From assembly GCA_965113315.1 (NCBI GenBank), contig OZ220363.1: DNA of 64,000 nt. One strand, given 5' to 3'. Below are positions 1 to 12,165 of this stretch, piece by piece. Numbering within the stretch: the stretch's first letter is position 1; the number at the start of each line of letters is the position of its first letter. The notes under the pieces are model-generated. The model ran no database searches. It was given only the letters and a program-made list of their open reading frames with translations, and was not told the origin of the DNA. Both the position numbers and the translations under genes were made by a program. This stretch comes from Podarcis vaucheri (Eukaryota).

Positions 1-769
1 TCTCAGCAAGTCCCACAGCCTACCAGTACCAAGTGTGTTTGCTTGAGTTGCTTCCCCCTGCCTTTCATTTATTCAAGTTGGTTGCTCAAAGAGTGTAGCA
101 ATTTTGGCCAGTTTTAATCTTGGGGGAATTGTGTTTGTCCCTAATGAGTTGCAGTTGTGCCTCCTCTCATCCCCCAATGAAGAGTGCTTGGACTTCTTCC
201 TCCACCATCTTTATTTCTGCCAATGCAGTGCCCAGTGCTTCAAATATGGCTGCTTCATCTAGTTCCTCACGGTTTAGGTGGAGTTTAGAACAGAAGTTTA
301 GATGATTTCATCTGCTGCTTTTCCTATTTCTAAAATGCAGCACAAACGATTAGTTGTCAAAGAACACAGTATAGAACTAATTTTACAGTGGGTTCCTTTG
401 TTGTGAACAAAATCAGCTCCTGCATATATTGTCCTTTAATATTTTACATGCCAGAATTTTTCTTTTTTCAGTCCTTCTCAAAATTACCCATATCAAATGT
501 CTTTGAATTTCTACTACCTGTGTCAAGAAAAACCCACATCAGTAGCAACAGGATATCAATTAAAATCACCTTCTGTGAACATTTCCCTTCTAGAAATTAT
601 TTTGCCACCTCAACATTCAAGTAGATGCAATAGCTGTACTGAGACATGAGCCATTTACAGCTAATCTTGTTGGTAAGGGGGAGAAAGAAAAATGTAACCG
701 TAATCACAGCTGCTTTGGGTGTGGGTTGGTGCATTAATGCATTAATCAAAACTCCCCATCTAGCCTAGA

Positions 770-771
<2 letters not shown>

Positions 772-809
<38 letters not shown>
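772..809 (+). repeat. (CA)n microsatellite
   Basis: Direct. Confidence 0.95.
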
Positions 810-811
<2 letters not shown>

Positions 812-1539
812 CCAACTACAAAGATTATCGTAGGATAATGCCACTTTCCAAGAGTCTTCTGAACCAGTTTTCTAAATATATCTGCCCAGTACCTAATTGC
901 AACTTCCTACCCAGATTTCTAGTTGACAGGCACTGAATATGACCTCATACTAGCAATTCAGGTCTCCCCCACATAATCTGATATAGCCAATTTGACCAGG
1001 CTTCCACCATCAAACTGAACTCACCAACTTCTTCCTTCTACCATTCCACTTCACAGATTATGAATATGTTTGAGATAATCCCATCTTTTCCTGGATTCAT
1101 TTGCTTATGTTGCTAGCTTTCTTCTCTGACGTGGACAGCAGTTTTAGAAGCATGTTAGATAACAAGAAAACCTTTACATAATATAGGCAGTTTGGGGCTG
1201 TCATGGAGCCCCAAGAGGTAACCAATTGTTTAAGTTGGGCATTACCTGCAGAAGAGGTCACACTTCATTATTTGCTACCGCTGTGCTGAAATTTTCTTTT
1301 GTATATTTCCACCATTATCAATTTGTTGGAAAAGGGGAAGGATCTGAAAATTATCAAAGGGAAGAGAAAATTTCAGTGAAATTTTCATGGCTGTGGCACA
1401 GGATTTTGTTGCCTTTACCTAACTTTCATGGTAGCTTAGGGTTTTAGCAAGAGTCTACAAATAAGATGACTGGTGGGTCTGTATTATGTAGTCTTCCCTG
1501 GTACCTATGCTTCTTTAAAAGCACCCATCATGACATCTT

Positions 1540-2330
1540 TGGCTGAGAAGACCTCTCCTCCTCCCAGAGGGGAGGAGTTGTGAATGGAAGCAGCTTCCCA
1601 TAGCAGCAGGGAGGCGTATTCGGCTCCCTGCCTCTGATTGCCTCTGCTGCCATGGCCAAGCCTTTCAGCTGGCCAATAGGGCCGGGGGGCAGGTTTAGCT
1701 CCCCAGTCGGTTCCTGCTTACATCGGCTCTCCCACCCTCCCTCCCTTTTAGGTCAGCTTCCTCTGCCTATTGACCTTGCTATGGACTTTGGTTGGTTGCC
1801 TTGGTTGCCCAAGGGGCCTGGTAGAACTTTTTTATCAATTTGGCAAATTGGCACCAGCCTCTTGGTTTTTTTGCCTACCTCGTAGCAACTCATCACAACT
1901 TTTTTAGTATTGATGGTTAGGCATTAGAATATGTGTACTGTGTTGGAGGTTTGGGTATGGCCATCATCTACCCCTCCTCTTTTGGGTATTCCATTAAAGG
2001 AATCCGATGGTCGTGGATCCTGTCCGATGCCCTGCTGGTGGCTAGGGCCATGGCACAACCCCCAGTGACATCATGGGAAAGCTTCCAGTTGCCTAACAAG
2101 CTCCTCCCACTGGTTGTTAACCCCTGAAATGACTCCCCGCAGAGCGGGATGGAGTCATGTATTGCTGTTTTGTCCAATGCCTACGCCAATACCACTCACA
2201 TGCTGTAACCAATAAAGTTGTGGCCTAATTTTGCCCATTAACCTAAAATAATGTGTCTTTGTGTTTTATTATAATCCTATGTGGGTGGCGGGTCTTTGAC
2301 TCACAAAAAACAGCGGCTGCGTACCATACA
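1540..2330. mobile_element. GC-richer retroelement fragment, possibly a DIRS terminal region
   Basis: Compositional shift plus the motif ccAATAAAgttgtggcc (~2209-2225), which I recall from squamate DIRS-type terminal repeats. Recognition only. Confidence 0.35.
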
Positions 2331-3698
2331 CCTAACGGGTTTTTTATTTTTTAAAGTTCTGGTATTTTTTGTTATAAAGAAATTGGTGCAGAAAGATTTT
2401 TTTTTTCTTTAATAGGACTTCCCTTAAAAACCAAATCAGAGTGCACCAATCTCAGGTGCTTGTTAGCCAACGCCCCCTGCTTCCTGAGCTTCCACTAAAG
2501 CCATGGAATGGACTTGTCAAGTAACTGCTTCCATGGGGCTTTGTCAGATAAGGAACAAAGGAGCAGCAGAGAACTATAACCTCAACCCTACACCCACCAA
2601 AATTGTAAAGAAATTCTAGAGTGATAGCAAATGGGAAGGAAAAACAGTAGCCTCTTTCACAATGGAAGAAACTTTTGAGAAATTGAAAGACAAGTTTCAG
2701 CATAGTACAACCCTATTGTATGCTGCTGCTATCTTTTACTTTGACATTTATAATGTTTGTCTTTGGGCTTATAGTGTTTATGTTCCTGTGCCATATTGTC
2801 ACTTCCCTCTTCTCTTGAGATGCTTGTTTAGGACCAAACCATAGAAGATTGGGTCTCTTTTAAAAAGCAGTCTTAGCTAGTAGTGGCCAAAGCAGGGGTG
2901 AATTGGATAAAGACTGTGGTACTGGGAGAGAAAAGATTTATCTCTTTCCCCATGTCACTTGCCTAATCTAAATCACCAAGCTGGTATTGACTTCTTAAGG
3001 AAATCAGCTATGTACCCATATGCTTTCCCTAATGTGGCACTAGCAATTGCAGAGAGGAAAAGGATATTCACATCAGGAAACTCCTTGTGATTGGAACCTA
3101 TAATAAAGATGGCTATCCATAGTTTTCCTGGAGGTCAGACCCCAGAGGCCTCCAATGTGGAACTCTTCCTCCTCACCACCACCACCTGCCTGACTACACT
3201 AAAAGATTTAATGATTTTTGTTTTTTCATTTTTTCTGACTTTAAGAAGTTTAAGTTATGTAAGTTGCTTAGAGATTCCTTACGTAGCAAGTGACTAATGA
3301 ATTTAAATAACAATAATATTTTATGAAAATAAAGTACAGACCTTCTGAAGTGTACTTAAGTACTTGTGGGGGGGAAATCCAATGTGGTTCCTGTGCAGAT
3401 TTGTGTCAAGAGCAAATTTTGGTCAAAGACACTTTATATTTAATTACACTCACAGCTGTCTGGGTATGCGTTGAAAGGCTGTCACGATTATGGTTTGGCT
3501 TCCCGGTGTGTTTACAAATCATGCAAGCAATAGATGTTTCTGGGGGCTGTAAGTCGCCATTATGGTTTATAAGCATGACAGGGATATAAAGAAAATGAGT
3601 CAAATTAAACTAATATCAATACATAGTATCTTTTGGTCTGTTGTACCTTATTTCCACTGCAGTGGAAAAATATTGATTCAATTCTCCATCTATAAGTG

Positions 3699-3775
3699 GA
3701 GTTCAATTCCCCCTGCCTGTACGGGCCAGTTGTGTCCGACTCTAGGGTTGCGCGCTCATCTCGCTCAAGAGGCCA
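3699..3775 (-). mobile_element. Truncated Sauria-SINE/BovB-like insertion with 16-bp TSD
   Basis: ccagttgtgtccgactctagggttgcgcgctcatctc matches the Sauria SINE tail. Flanked by TCTCCATCTATAAGTG at 3683-3698 and 3776-3791. Confidence 0.8.
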
Positions 3776-4056
3776 TCTCCATCTATAAGTGCTTCCAAAA
3801 TGTTGATTTGTGACAAGAATAATCAGATATGTGTTTAGGGGGGGTTATTGCTGGATTGGTGCTAGCCAAATAATAATAATTCTGAAACAGGAATATCTGC
3901 AGATTAGCCAGGGAGCTGCTGATTAGGTCAAAATCAAATTCTTTGAACACTCTTCAAAACCTTATAGATATTGTTTTACTTTATCTTTTACAATCAAGTA
4001 TTATTTTCCACGTGTTTTAGTATAACTCTGTCCTTTCTCTCTCTCTCCCCCTGCAG

Positions 4057-4192
4057 GTTAATAATGAAAATGTAGTTAAAGTTGGCCATAGGCAAGTGGT
4101 GAACATGATTCGGCAAGGAGGCAATCATTTAGTTCTTAAAGTTGTCACAGTAACCAGGAATCTTGATCCAGATGACACAGCCAGAAAGAAAG
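4057..4192 (+). CDS. SHANK2: SHANK2 coding exon, C-terminal part of the PDZ domain
   Basis: ctgcAG|GTT...AAAG|GTacat. Translates VNNENVVKVGHRQVVNMIRQGGNHLVLKVVTVTRNLDPDDTARKK, which I recognise as the Shank2 PDZ C-terminus. 136 nt, ends in phase 1. Confidence 0.97.
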
Positions 4193-4689
4193 GTACATTC
4201 TTTTCATAGTTTGAACTGTTTGTCGTATTTCCTTTCATTGAGAGAACAATGTAAATGAGAAATTATTTAGAAATATGTAACCCTCCATTAATAGAAAAAA
4301 TACTGTATCACAGCAGTTTTGAAATCAAATATATCCCAAGAAAAACATTTTTTAAATAGCTGGAGGAAGGTCCCATCTAAGTGTTCTGAAAAATCTCCTT
4401 ATTGAGAAGTTTTCTTTTGCAGTAAAACAAGAAAAGAACTAACGAGGGACAACAAAAACCCACAACATAAAATGCATAAATCCACAAGAATGGTGTGTAG
4501 GGTCTAATTGATCCGAGAGGTTTTTTTAAAACACAAAACAACATATAATCTATTTATTTATTTATTTGATAGATTTATATTCCATCCTTCCTCCAAAATG
4601 GAGCAAAGGAATCGTGGTGTTAGCATACATATAACCTCATTATAAATTGTTACATGAGTATAACAATGCCGTTTACTGTGAGTTGCAAA

Positions 4690-5345
4690 CGACTTTTACT
4701 TGAGCAGCTTATGCACAATTGCCACATTACAACACCATGAATATGGGAGGCAGAATATTTACATAAAGCACATTGTTGCTGTGATTTTCTGCCATTGTGT
4801 CAATCACAGATATCATGCCTTCACCTTTTCCTGGTGTCAGCAAAGGTTGGCTCTACCAATTTTGGAGCTGCCGCTTGACATCCCAGGCAGGTTGGCTATG
4901 TTTCTATGCTCAGCTCAGAGTTTGATCATGTCCAGATACAAGTATATCAGGAAAATAATATTTTGGGATGTTCACTCTGTTGTGGTTTGCTTACCTTCCA
5001 AGCAAATATAGGCATTTAAACAGACACCATCAGGTCACAGTTGTGCATACTAGCTTTAGTTTTATTATAAGAAAGAATGATCTCAGACTTGTATTTGTTG
5101 ACTAAGATTGCTGCATTCTCATGCACTGAAGAAAGGAAAATCACTGTCCTTCCATTCCTTAGCACATAATATGTAAGTGCAAAAACAAAAAATGCTGCTG
5201 TTGACACTTCTGAATTTGTGGGAAAGGAACTCTGGGGGGATTTCTGGTTGCTTGTTTTTTCAGTGTTGTTGCCATAGTCAGGTTTTTTCCTGCTTATTGG
5301 TGAAAAAGTTGTTATATTCTGTCCAGAAGACTGTAAATAGGTTGC
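4690..5345 (-). pseudogene. piggyBac-type transposase remnant
   Basis: Minus-strand fragments SGQNIT/NFFT, KNLTMATTLKNKQPEIP, YVLRNGRTVIFLSSVHENAAI...EIILSYNKTKASMHNCDLMV, LYLDMIKL and a Cys-rich tail (CALCK...CISC), in the order of the piggyBac DDD core and CRD. Confidence 0.8.
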
Positions 5346-7369
5346 TTGCTTGTCAACCGCTGTCTGACCTGGAATTTGAGCTGCCGATCGCAGAGATGCC
5401 CAAGGCAGCTCTCAACAGCACATTTTGCAAATATCTTCATGTAAACAGATAAAATCTAAAGTTTCTCTATGGGGAGTTGCCATTAAGTCTGCCCACCTGC
5501 AGAGGGGGAGGTGCAAGTTGTTTGCAATTTTAAAGATGCAATTGAGGTGAAAATGACCCCCAAAGCAGAATAAATAAGTATTGTTCAAATGAAGTCTACA
5601 AGTAGCTATGAGGAAAACAATAGTTTGGCTGGGTAAACAAGGACCTTCTCACTGATAAAAATGTTTAATATACAGTATTAAGGTTTGAAAATGAGTTTTA
5701 TTAGCCTTTCGGGTATTATTGACCTCTAATATAATTTGTAGTGATACTGAGGAAAGTAAGTAATTTGATATGAAAATAGACCTTTTTCATCTTCTATTTT
5801 CCTTTTCACAAGAAATTGAAATAAAAGGTTCTAGGCTACGTATATGTAGACATGACAAGTAGCTAATAAATTAAGCAGCATTTTCTGAGGTCATTTTGAC
5901 CCCTAGCACCTAATGTGCATGGTTTTTCAATTTTTTAGTCATTCCAGTGGGGTGGAGTGACTTGGAACACCACATACCAGTTCAAACCTCATAATAGTTG
6001 AAGAATACATAGAACCTGGAATTGTGGAAGACTTGCACAGAAGTTTTATTTTTATTTTCAGCACAGTTGGAGTACATATGACCTCAATTATTGATGGAAG
6101 ATTAAGTTCAATTTGCACAATTTGAGCTTCATCCCACAATTTAATATGTGTTGTATTATTTTACGGAAGAGTTAATTTCCAAAGTTGAAAAAATGCTCTT
6201 TTTTAATAGAGATTAATTGACACGAGAACTAGTTTTTCCTGGTGCAGTTCTGCACTTTTGGAAAATGTGCAAGAATATCCCAACCATGTGGGCTTGTTTA
6301 ATGGGTCTTTCCTGATTGATTTGAATCCTATATACTATCTCTTATAACATGATCATTTCCTGCATATTCATTTGCCATGGACCTATGAAAAAGGGGTCAA
6401 CAGCATAGTGCATTTACGTATGAAGCTCATTTCCTTTTGAAACTTGACCAAAAATATGTCTGCTTGGAGTTGCTCTCCATTATCTACTACTGAAGCAGGG
6501 CATAAGTCAGTTGTACAGTTTGAATGCATGACCCATTAAGCTCAAACGGCTGCCAGTTTTATATATGTGACTTTCAGTAACAAACATAGTAAGGGCTACT
6601 TGAGATAAGCTGATTTGGGCAGGGTAGCAAAATTTGATCTAATACACTTTGGATGTAACAACTTAAATATTTATCTCTTGTTGTACGTTCTGGAGCATTT
6701 GACTGCTTTGAGCTCCTCACAGCTAATGTATCATTGTTTTGTAGGCTACAATGACTTACGTGTCTAACTCAAACTATCAATGAACACAGCTTCAATCATT
6801 TTCTTTTTAGTTCAGTTTACAATACAAAAGTTGCGTATAGCCTACTGCTTTTCAAAGATTTAGAAGCATTATTATAAACTGTCACTTTCTATGGTTCTCC
6901 TGTTCACTGCTTGTGTCCAGTCATGATTTCTGGTCAAACCCACTTGTCAGTCAGATAACTGTCAGGTCATTTGCTGCTATTGACATGAGCTGTTCATGTG
7001 AGGCTCTTTGAGTAACGTAGAAATGCAGAGCTTACAGACTTCTACAGTACCATGTCTCATTTGATAAACCTTTAAGCATATAAGATTCAATAGCATAAGC
7101 TTAGTTGTGAACGCGGCATGAATATCTCCTAAAATAAAATATATGTCAAAGAAATACTGTGGCGTCTTCCTTTCCTATGTGTGGAAACTGCTGTATGTAA
7201 ACTGCTGTAAACGTTGTTTCCAGAGATCAGTTAACTGATTAGCTACATAGAGAAAAACATATTTTCATTTAATTAGTATTGCATTTTTGTGTTGAATATG
7301 AATAATGCATATATGAGCATGCAGTGAGTGCTGTTTCTTATCATGTATGTCCTTCTGTTTAATGCAAAG

Positions 7370-7450
7370 CCCCACCACCTCCAAAACGGGCTCCAACCAC
7401 TGCACTGACCTTGCGGTCTAAGTCAATGACCTCAGAACTTGAAGAGCTTG
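7370..7450 (+). CDS. SHANK2: SHANK2 coding exon, post-PDZ linker
   Basis: aaAG|CC...CTTG|GTaaga. 81 nt, phase 1-1, encodes (A)PPPPKRAPTTALTLRSKSMTSELEEL in frame with the previous exon. Confidence 0.96.
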
Positions 7451-7801
7451 GTAAGAAAGTGTTTCTTAATGAGCATGCTGCAATAGCAGAGATGAAAAGG
7501 CAATGTTAAGACTGTTTGAAAGTGAACTGCACCCTGTACAGAACGTGGTATTGGAAAAATAAATTACATGGGAATGTTGCTTTTCTGGAGATTCCCACGT
7601 GTGCATGATGAGCATGAGTGATTTTGTTGTGTTTAATTTTGTTTCAAGCTCTGCGACAGAATGTGTTTTATCATTTATGTGCATTGTTATTTTACACATT
7701 AATTTAAAGCTATAAGCATATTTTATTAGCTTGTTTTCCCCCCCTAAGAAATCAGTTTATCTAATATTGTTTTATTTTAAATTTCTGTGGCCTCTCATTA
7801 G

Positions 7802-7810
7802 TGGACAAAG
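7802..7810 (+). CDS. SHANK2: SHANK2 9-nt microexon (VDK)
   Basis: ctctcattAG|TGGACAAAG|GTaagc. Phase 1-1; supplies the VDK of the known Shank2 sequence ELEEL-VDK-ASVRKKK-DK. Confidence 0.9.
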
Positions 7811-8024
7811 GTAAGCTGCTAGCTGTCGTTGTATAAATGCAGACCCAGAACCAAAGTGTTGTACCTGAAAGGAAACTATCTCTTATTGGTGTTCATTGCC
7901 CCCAATCCAGCAAAAGCAATTTGTTAGCTTAAAGCAGGTTTTGGCTCTCAGATGTTCCCTACCATAATTTCAATCTCTCCTCCTGGATTAGGGCCTACCA
8001 TTATTTATTTATCTATTTGATCCA

Positions 8025-8112
8025 GTGCAATCCTATAGATGTGTACTCAGAAGTAAATCCCATTGAGTTCAATGGGACTTACTTGCAGGTGTGTGTCTGT
8101 AGGATTGCAGCC
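8025..8112. mobile_element. Short palindromic MITE-like element
   Basis: tgcaatccta...taggattgca ends and an internal cccattga-gt-tcaatggg palindrome. Weaker relatives near 14180-14250 and 53150-53245. Confidence 0.55.
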
Positions 8113-8334
8113 TGAATTTGCATGAACAAGAACATTTCTTAATCTTTACTTCACCTAATTTTGTGCAGAAAAAAATAGTGCTGTAGTAGTAGTATCCATT
8201 TTTGCAATATTCTAGTTAAAATATTTCTGATATAAGGTCTTTTTTATTTAAAGAAAACAGTTCAGCATTTTCCTACCTTTTAGTAATCAAATATTTGTTC
8301 CATAGAAAACACTTTAGATATCCTGATGTCTAGT

Positions 8335-8495
8335 GCTGGATCTAGACACATCAAAGAAGTGTTTCAGTTTAAAGCGTAAATTTAAACAGGGAAAACAGGT
8401 AGAGAAAAAAGGGACTCCACATCGACATCTGGTGGCACATTATTGCACATACAACGCATATAAATCACTATTTCTTTACCAGTCTCACTGAGTTC
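8335..8495 (+). mobile_element. ~160-bp non-autonomous element, copy 1 (inverted copy at 57625-57790)
   Basis: Direct sequence match to the reverse complement of 57625-57790. Confidence 0.75.
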
Positions 8496-10659
8496 TAGGT
8501 AACATGGAGTTTGTTTATTTAACACCTTTAGGGGTATTAAGCTGAAACATTTTAAAATAGAAATTACAGAGGTTTCTCAAATGAAGGGTTTACTTTTTAT
8601 ATAATCTTCGTTTAAATTTATTGCTTGATTGTGAATTATCAGCAAGCAATTTACTGATAATATGCCTTCCTTTGTGCTATTTCTTGCTTTAAATAGCACA
8701 ACAGACCAGTTGCAATTAATACTGTTTAGGTTTTGGGGGGATTAGGTGGGAAATAGGGGGCTATTTTATATGAGAGTTATTGGGTTTTTAAATTTTTTTG
8801 CCAGCCATAAAATTCCTGTTTCACTTGTTTTGAATATCATGAAGTTATCCTTTTAAACAAATTTTTGTATCATAGCACAGTCCTTGTTCATTCGCCATGG
8901 AAAAATGGGAAAGGCTCCCTTATGAACCATAAAAATAATGATCTTGTTGGCTAACTAGGACATTTTTCTTCAATCTGGACATTGTAAGCTAACAAGAAGT
9001 TACACCTGAGCAGAGAGAGTAATCACCAGGGTGACCTATTAAAGCTATGGAAATGTGTAGTACTCAGCGTAATTGACTTCCTCACCATGCTGCCTTTCTA
9101 GGTCTTAGCATCCGACTCATGAACCATTTTGAGATTCAGGAAAAAGCTTTCTTTGGGCCACAACTGCACCTTCCTTCTGAGCTCCTTTCTTTTCCCCAAG
9201 AAAACCACACAACCTCAAAGGAATGGCAGTTCTTCGGCTGTAATTTGAAATCAACTGCCGTCAAGGGAAGACTTGGCCTCCACCATGGGCTGGAGTGAAT
9301 CACAGCAGCTCAGTCTCACTCGCTTGCATCAGAGGTCATCCTTGGGAACCTGACAGCTACCTGCAAGAGAAAAGTTGCTTCTGTCAGGAGCTGAGCAAGT
9401 TCCACTCCCTTCCCTCAGAGGAGATGTTGCCTACTAGGCAGTGGTGAAAAGACGATGTCAGCAAAGATGAGATCAGGATATGCCTGGATGATTAATCCTG
9501 GAACCATGTGGGTATCATGGTTGCTCACCTGCCTTCATCCTGGCTACCAGGCCGCACTCGCTTGCTGGCCAGCTGCTGGGGAAATTCCCCTGGGCCAGCA
9601 GTATCAGGGGGTGGTCTTCCTGCCAAGGAGGGCAAATTTGAATGGGAGCTTGAATGATATAAGCTCAGCAGGAAGGTCTAGTTGTGTCTGTAGGAAAACT
9701 TGTTCTTTCTTATAGTTCTTGGTAGAATGCTAAGACCTATAAAAGCAACTATGGAGAGAATCAATTGCTACACGTTTTAACACTTTAAACAGGTCAGCCT
9801 GATAATTACTCTGTCCTGGTGTAACTCTAGTTAGTTCACATTTCTCTAAAGAAATACAAGAAAAACTCTTGCCTTCTGGTTGCACATATTGGGTGTTTTA
9901 TTTTTGAGAAGGCTATCACTGAAAGGATAGGCATAAATAACCTTAAAGGAGTTGGCAATAAAGAAAATGTCTTCCTGACCATTATAATATAGAAATTTGA
10001 GGTTTGTTCGTCCTTCATAATTTTTATATTAAATGGTTATATAATTTTATAGAAAATTAAGTACTTTGCTATGATTAAAAATTGTCTTAATAGCTAGAGA
10101 TATCCACACCAAACGTGATTCAAAGTCCATGAATGCACACAGGAAACTTTGTATGAGTTGGAACTTCCTTATTTACTTCCATGACATAATTGGAAGCAAG
10201 ATTTTCTGGAATTGTGTTGAAGAGAACAGGACCCCCTTGATTATACAGGGAAAGAGCACACAATACTTAAAATATTCCTGCATGCCTACCAATGCTGCTA
10301 AATATGCAAAGGCTTTAGTCCTCTGCAAACTTAGGAGTAAATACCACTAATGTCATTTGTATGTTCCTCTGTGTAAACTTGCATAGGATAAGGCTGTAGA
10401 TGTGATGGTGTCTTTTGAAAGACCACCTACCATTTATAAGAGTATGCAAACGTTCATGCTGCACAGAATATGGAGTTGAAAATTACGTTTTAGTCATGGC
10501 AAAAGTTTAAATTATTATTGTTGCTGCTGTTGTTACTGTTTTTCAACTTCCTTTCATCAGTGATGTTCAAAAACTATATCTATTGTGCATATAAATGTTT
10601 TATTAACTAGTCTAAATGGCTTTAAAATATTTTTTTTATTTGCCAGTATATAAAAAAGA

Positions 10660-10830
10660 TAGACTTACAGGAAGCTGCCGTAGGAACATAGTACAAATAT
10701 TTGTCCATATATCCAAAATTGCCTACAATGACTCTCCATGGTTTCAGATGGGAATCTTGCCCAGTCCCATCTGGTGATGCCAGGGATTGAATTTGGAACC
10801 TTCTGCATGGAAAGCATGTGCTCACTATTT
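10660..10830 (-). mobile_element. tRNA-derived SINE fragment
   Basis: gatgccagggattgaatttggaaccttctgcatggaaagcatgtgctc is the reverse complement of a tRNA-like head with a B box. Confidence 0.55.
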
Positions 10831-12144
10831 ATCATTGATAGTGTATTTGTATTGTCCCTCTTCTTAATGGGTTCCTCTTCCTACTTTTCTCTGTACTCTC
10901 TCTACTTAAACTGGACCAGCCTCCCCCCACTCCACTTTCACAGGGCCATTCATTCCCCTTGAAAGCAGTGGGGGGATGTTGGTGACTTTTATAGTGCATG
11001 GGTGGGAAGCAATCAAAGAACTTTGGAGTCCATGTGGGTCTACACTTCAGTCATGAATACTTTATTTTTTTAACAATAGAAAAGCTTTGTTGCCACAGTA
11101 AATGACAACAGCCACCATTCCCCACCACCACCACCCTCAATAATACCTCTAGGAATAATACTACATCATGACACAGCATAATTCTCAGGGGGCATTCTGT
11201 ACTGAATTACAAAGGAGTGTCAATGCACTGCTCAGGGCAGCCAAGCTGCCACTTGAAACTTTGGCAGAGTTTTTTATGGTCCTTTACAAATATCCTCTCC
11301 CATCCCAGCCTGAAGATAAGCTCACTCCCACCCTAAAGTTCTTTGATTCAGATCTTCAGGGGCGGGTGTTATTCTTCCCCACCTCGAAAGCAACAATAGT
11401 CTGGGCTGAATGTCCAACACTACGATTTTCTTATTTGTGACCAATAATATTTCTTACCTTGTGGTATTCCAGTGGAATTTCTTTCTTTTCTTTTCTTTTC
11501 TTTGAATACATGACAGTGTCCCCCTTCTTGTGAATGAATTGTTTTGTTTAAGAACTCCCCCTCAGTTTTAAACCAATTTGCTATTCTGTGTATTAAGGGG
11601 CTGCTATTTTTGAGGAAACAGCCCATTGGGTCAAGGAACTAGTTTAGTGGTTCTGTGGAGCTCATGTTCAGCTTTGTGCCCCCTGTAATATTACACGGCT
11701 GCTTCCAAATTAGTGTTGCACAAACTCTAATTCATGTCTGCCCCTCTTTAGAATCTGCACTAAGATTGTCAGGAACTAATGGCCTAAGAAATTGTCACAA
11801 TTCTTTCCCCTTTGAATTCAAACTCTTAAAATATTCCCCGCCACCGCCCCTCCACAATCATGCTGATATTTTTAAAAATCTAAATCATGCTGTTTAACTT
11901 TTAGGATGAGATCTTCCTTTTCGGCATAGCCATGGTATTCTGCCTTTTAGATTGTATCTTTCGGAATTAGAGTTTAAACATAGCCTGTGCTAGTTTTGCT
12001 AATGCTTATGGTGATTTGAAAAAGGGAAAGCATAGTATTGAGTATGCTCAGTGTTGGTGCTTGAGACTCAAACAGGGATTTATCATTTTAGAATGACCTT
12101 CTCTTCACATTTTATTTACCATTCATTCCCTTTCTATTTTCAAG

Positions 12145-12165
12145 CTTCAGTACGGAAGAAGAAGG
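12145..12165 (+). CDS. SHANK2: SHANK2 21-nt microexon (ASVRKKK)
   Basis: ctttctattttcaAG|CTTCAGTACGGAAGAAGAAGG|GTaagg. Phase 1-1; encodes ASVRKKK as in Shank2. Confidence 0.92.
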
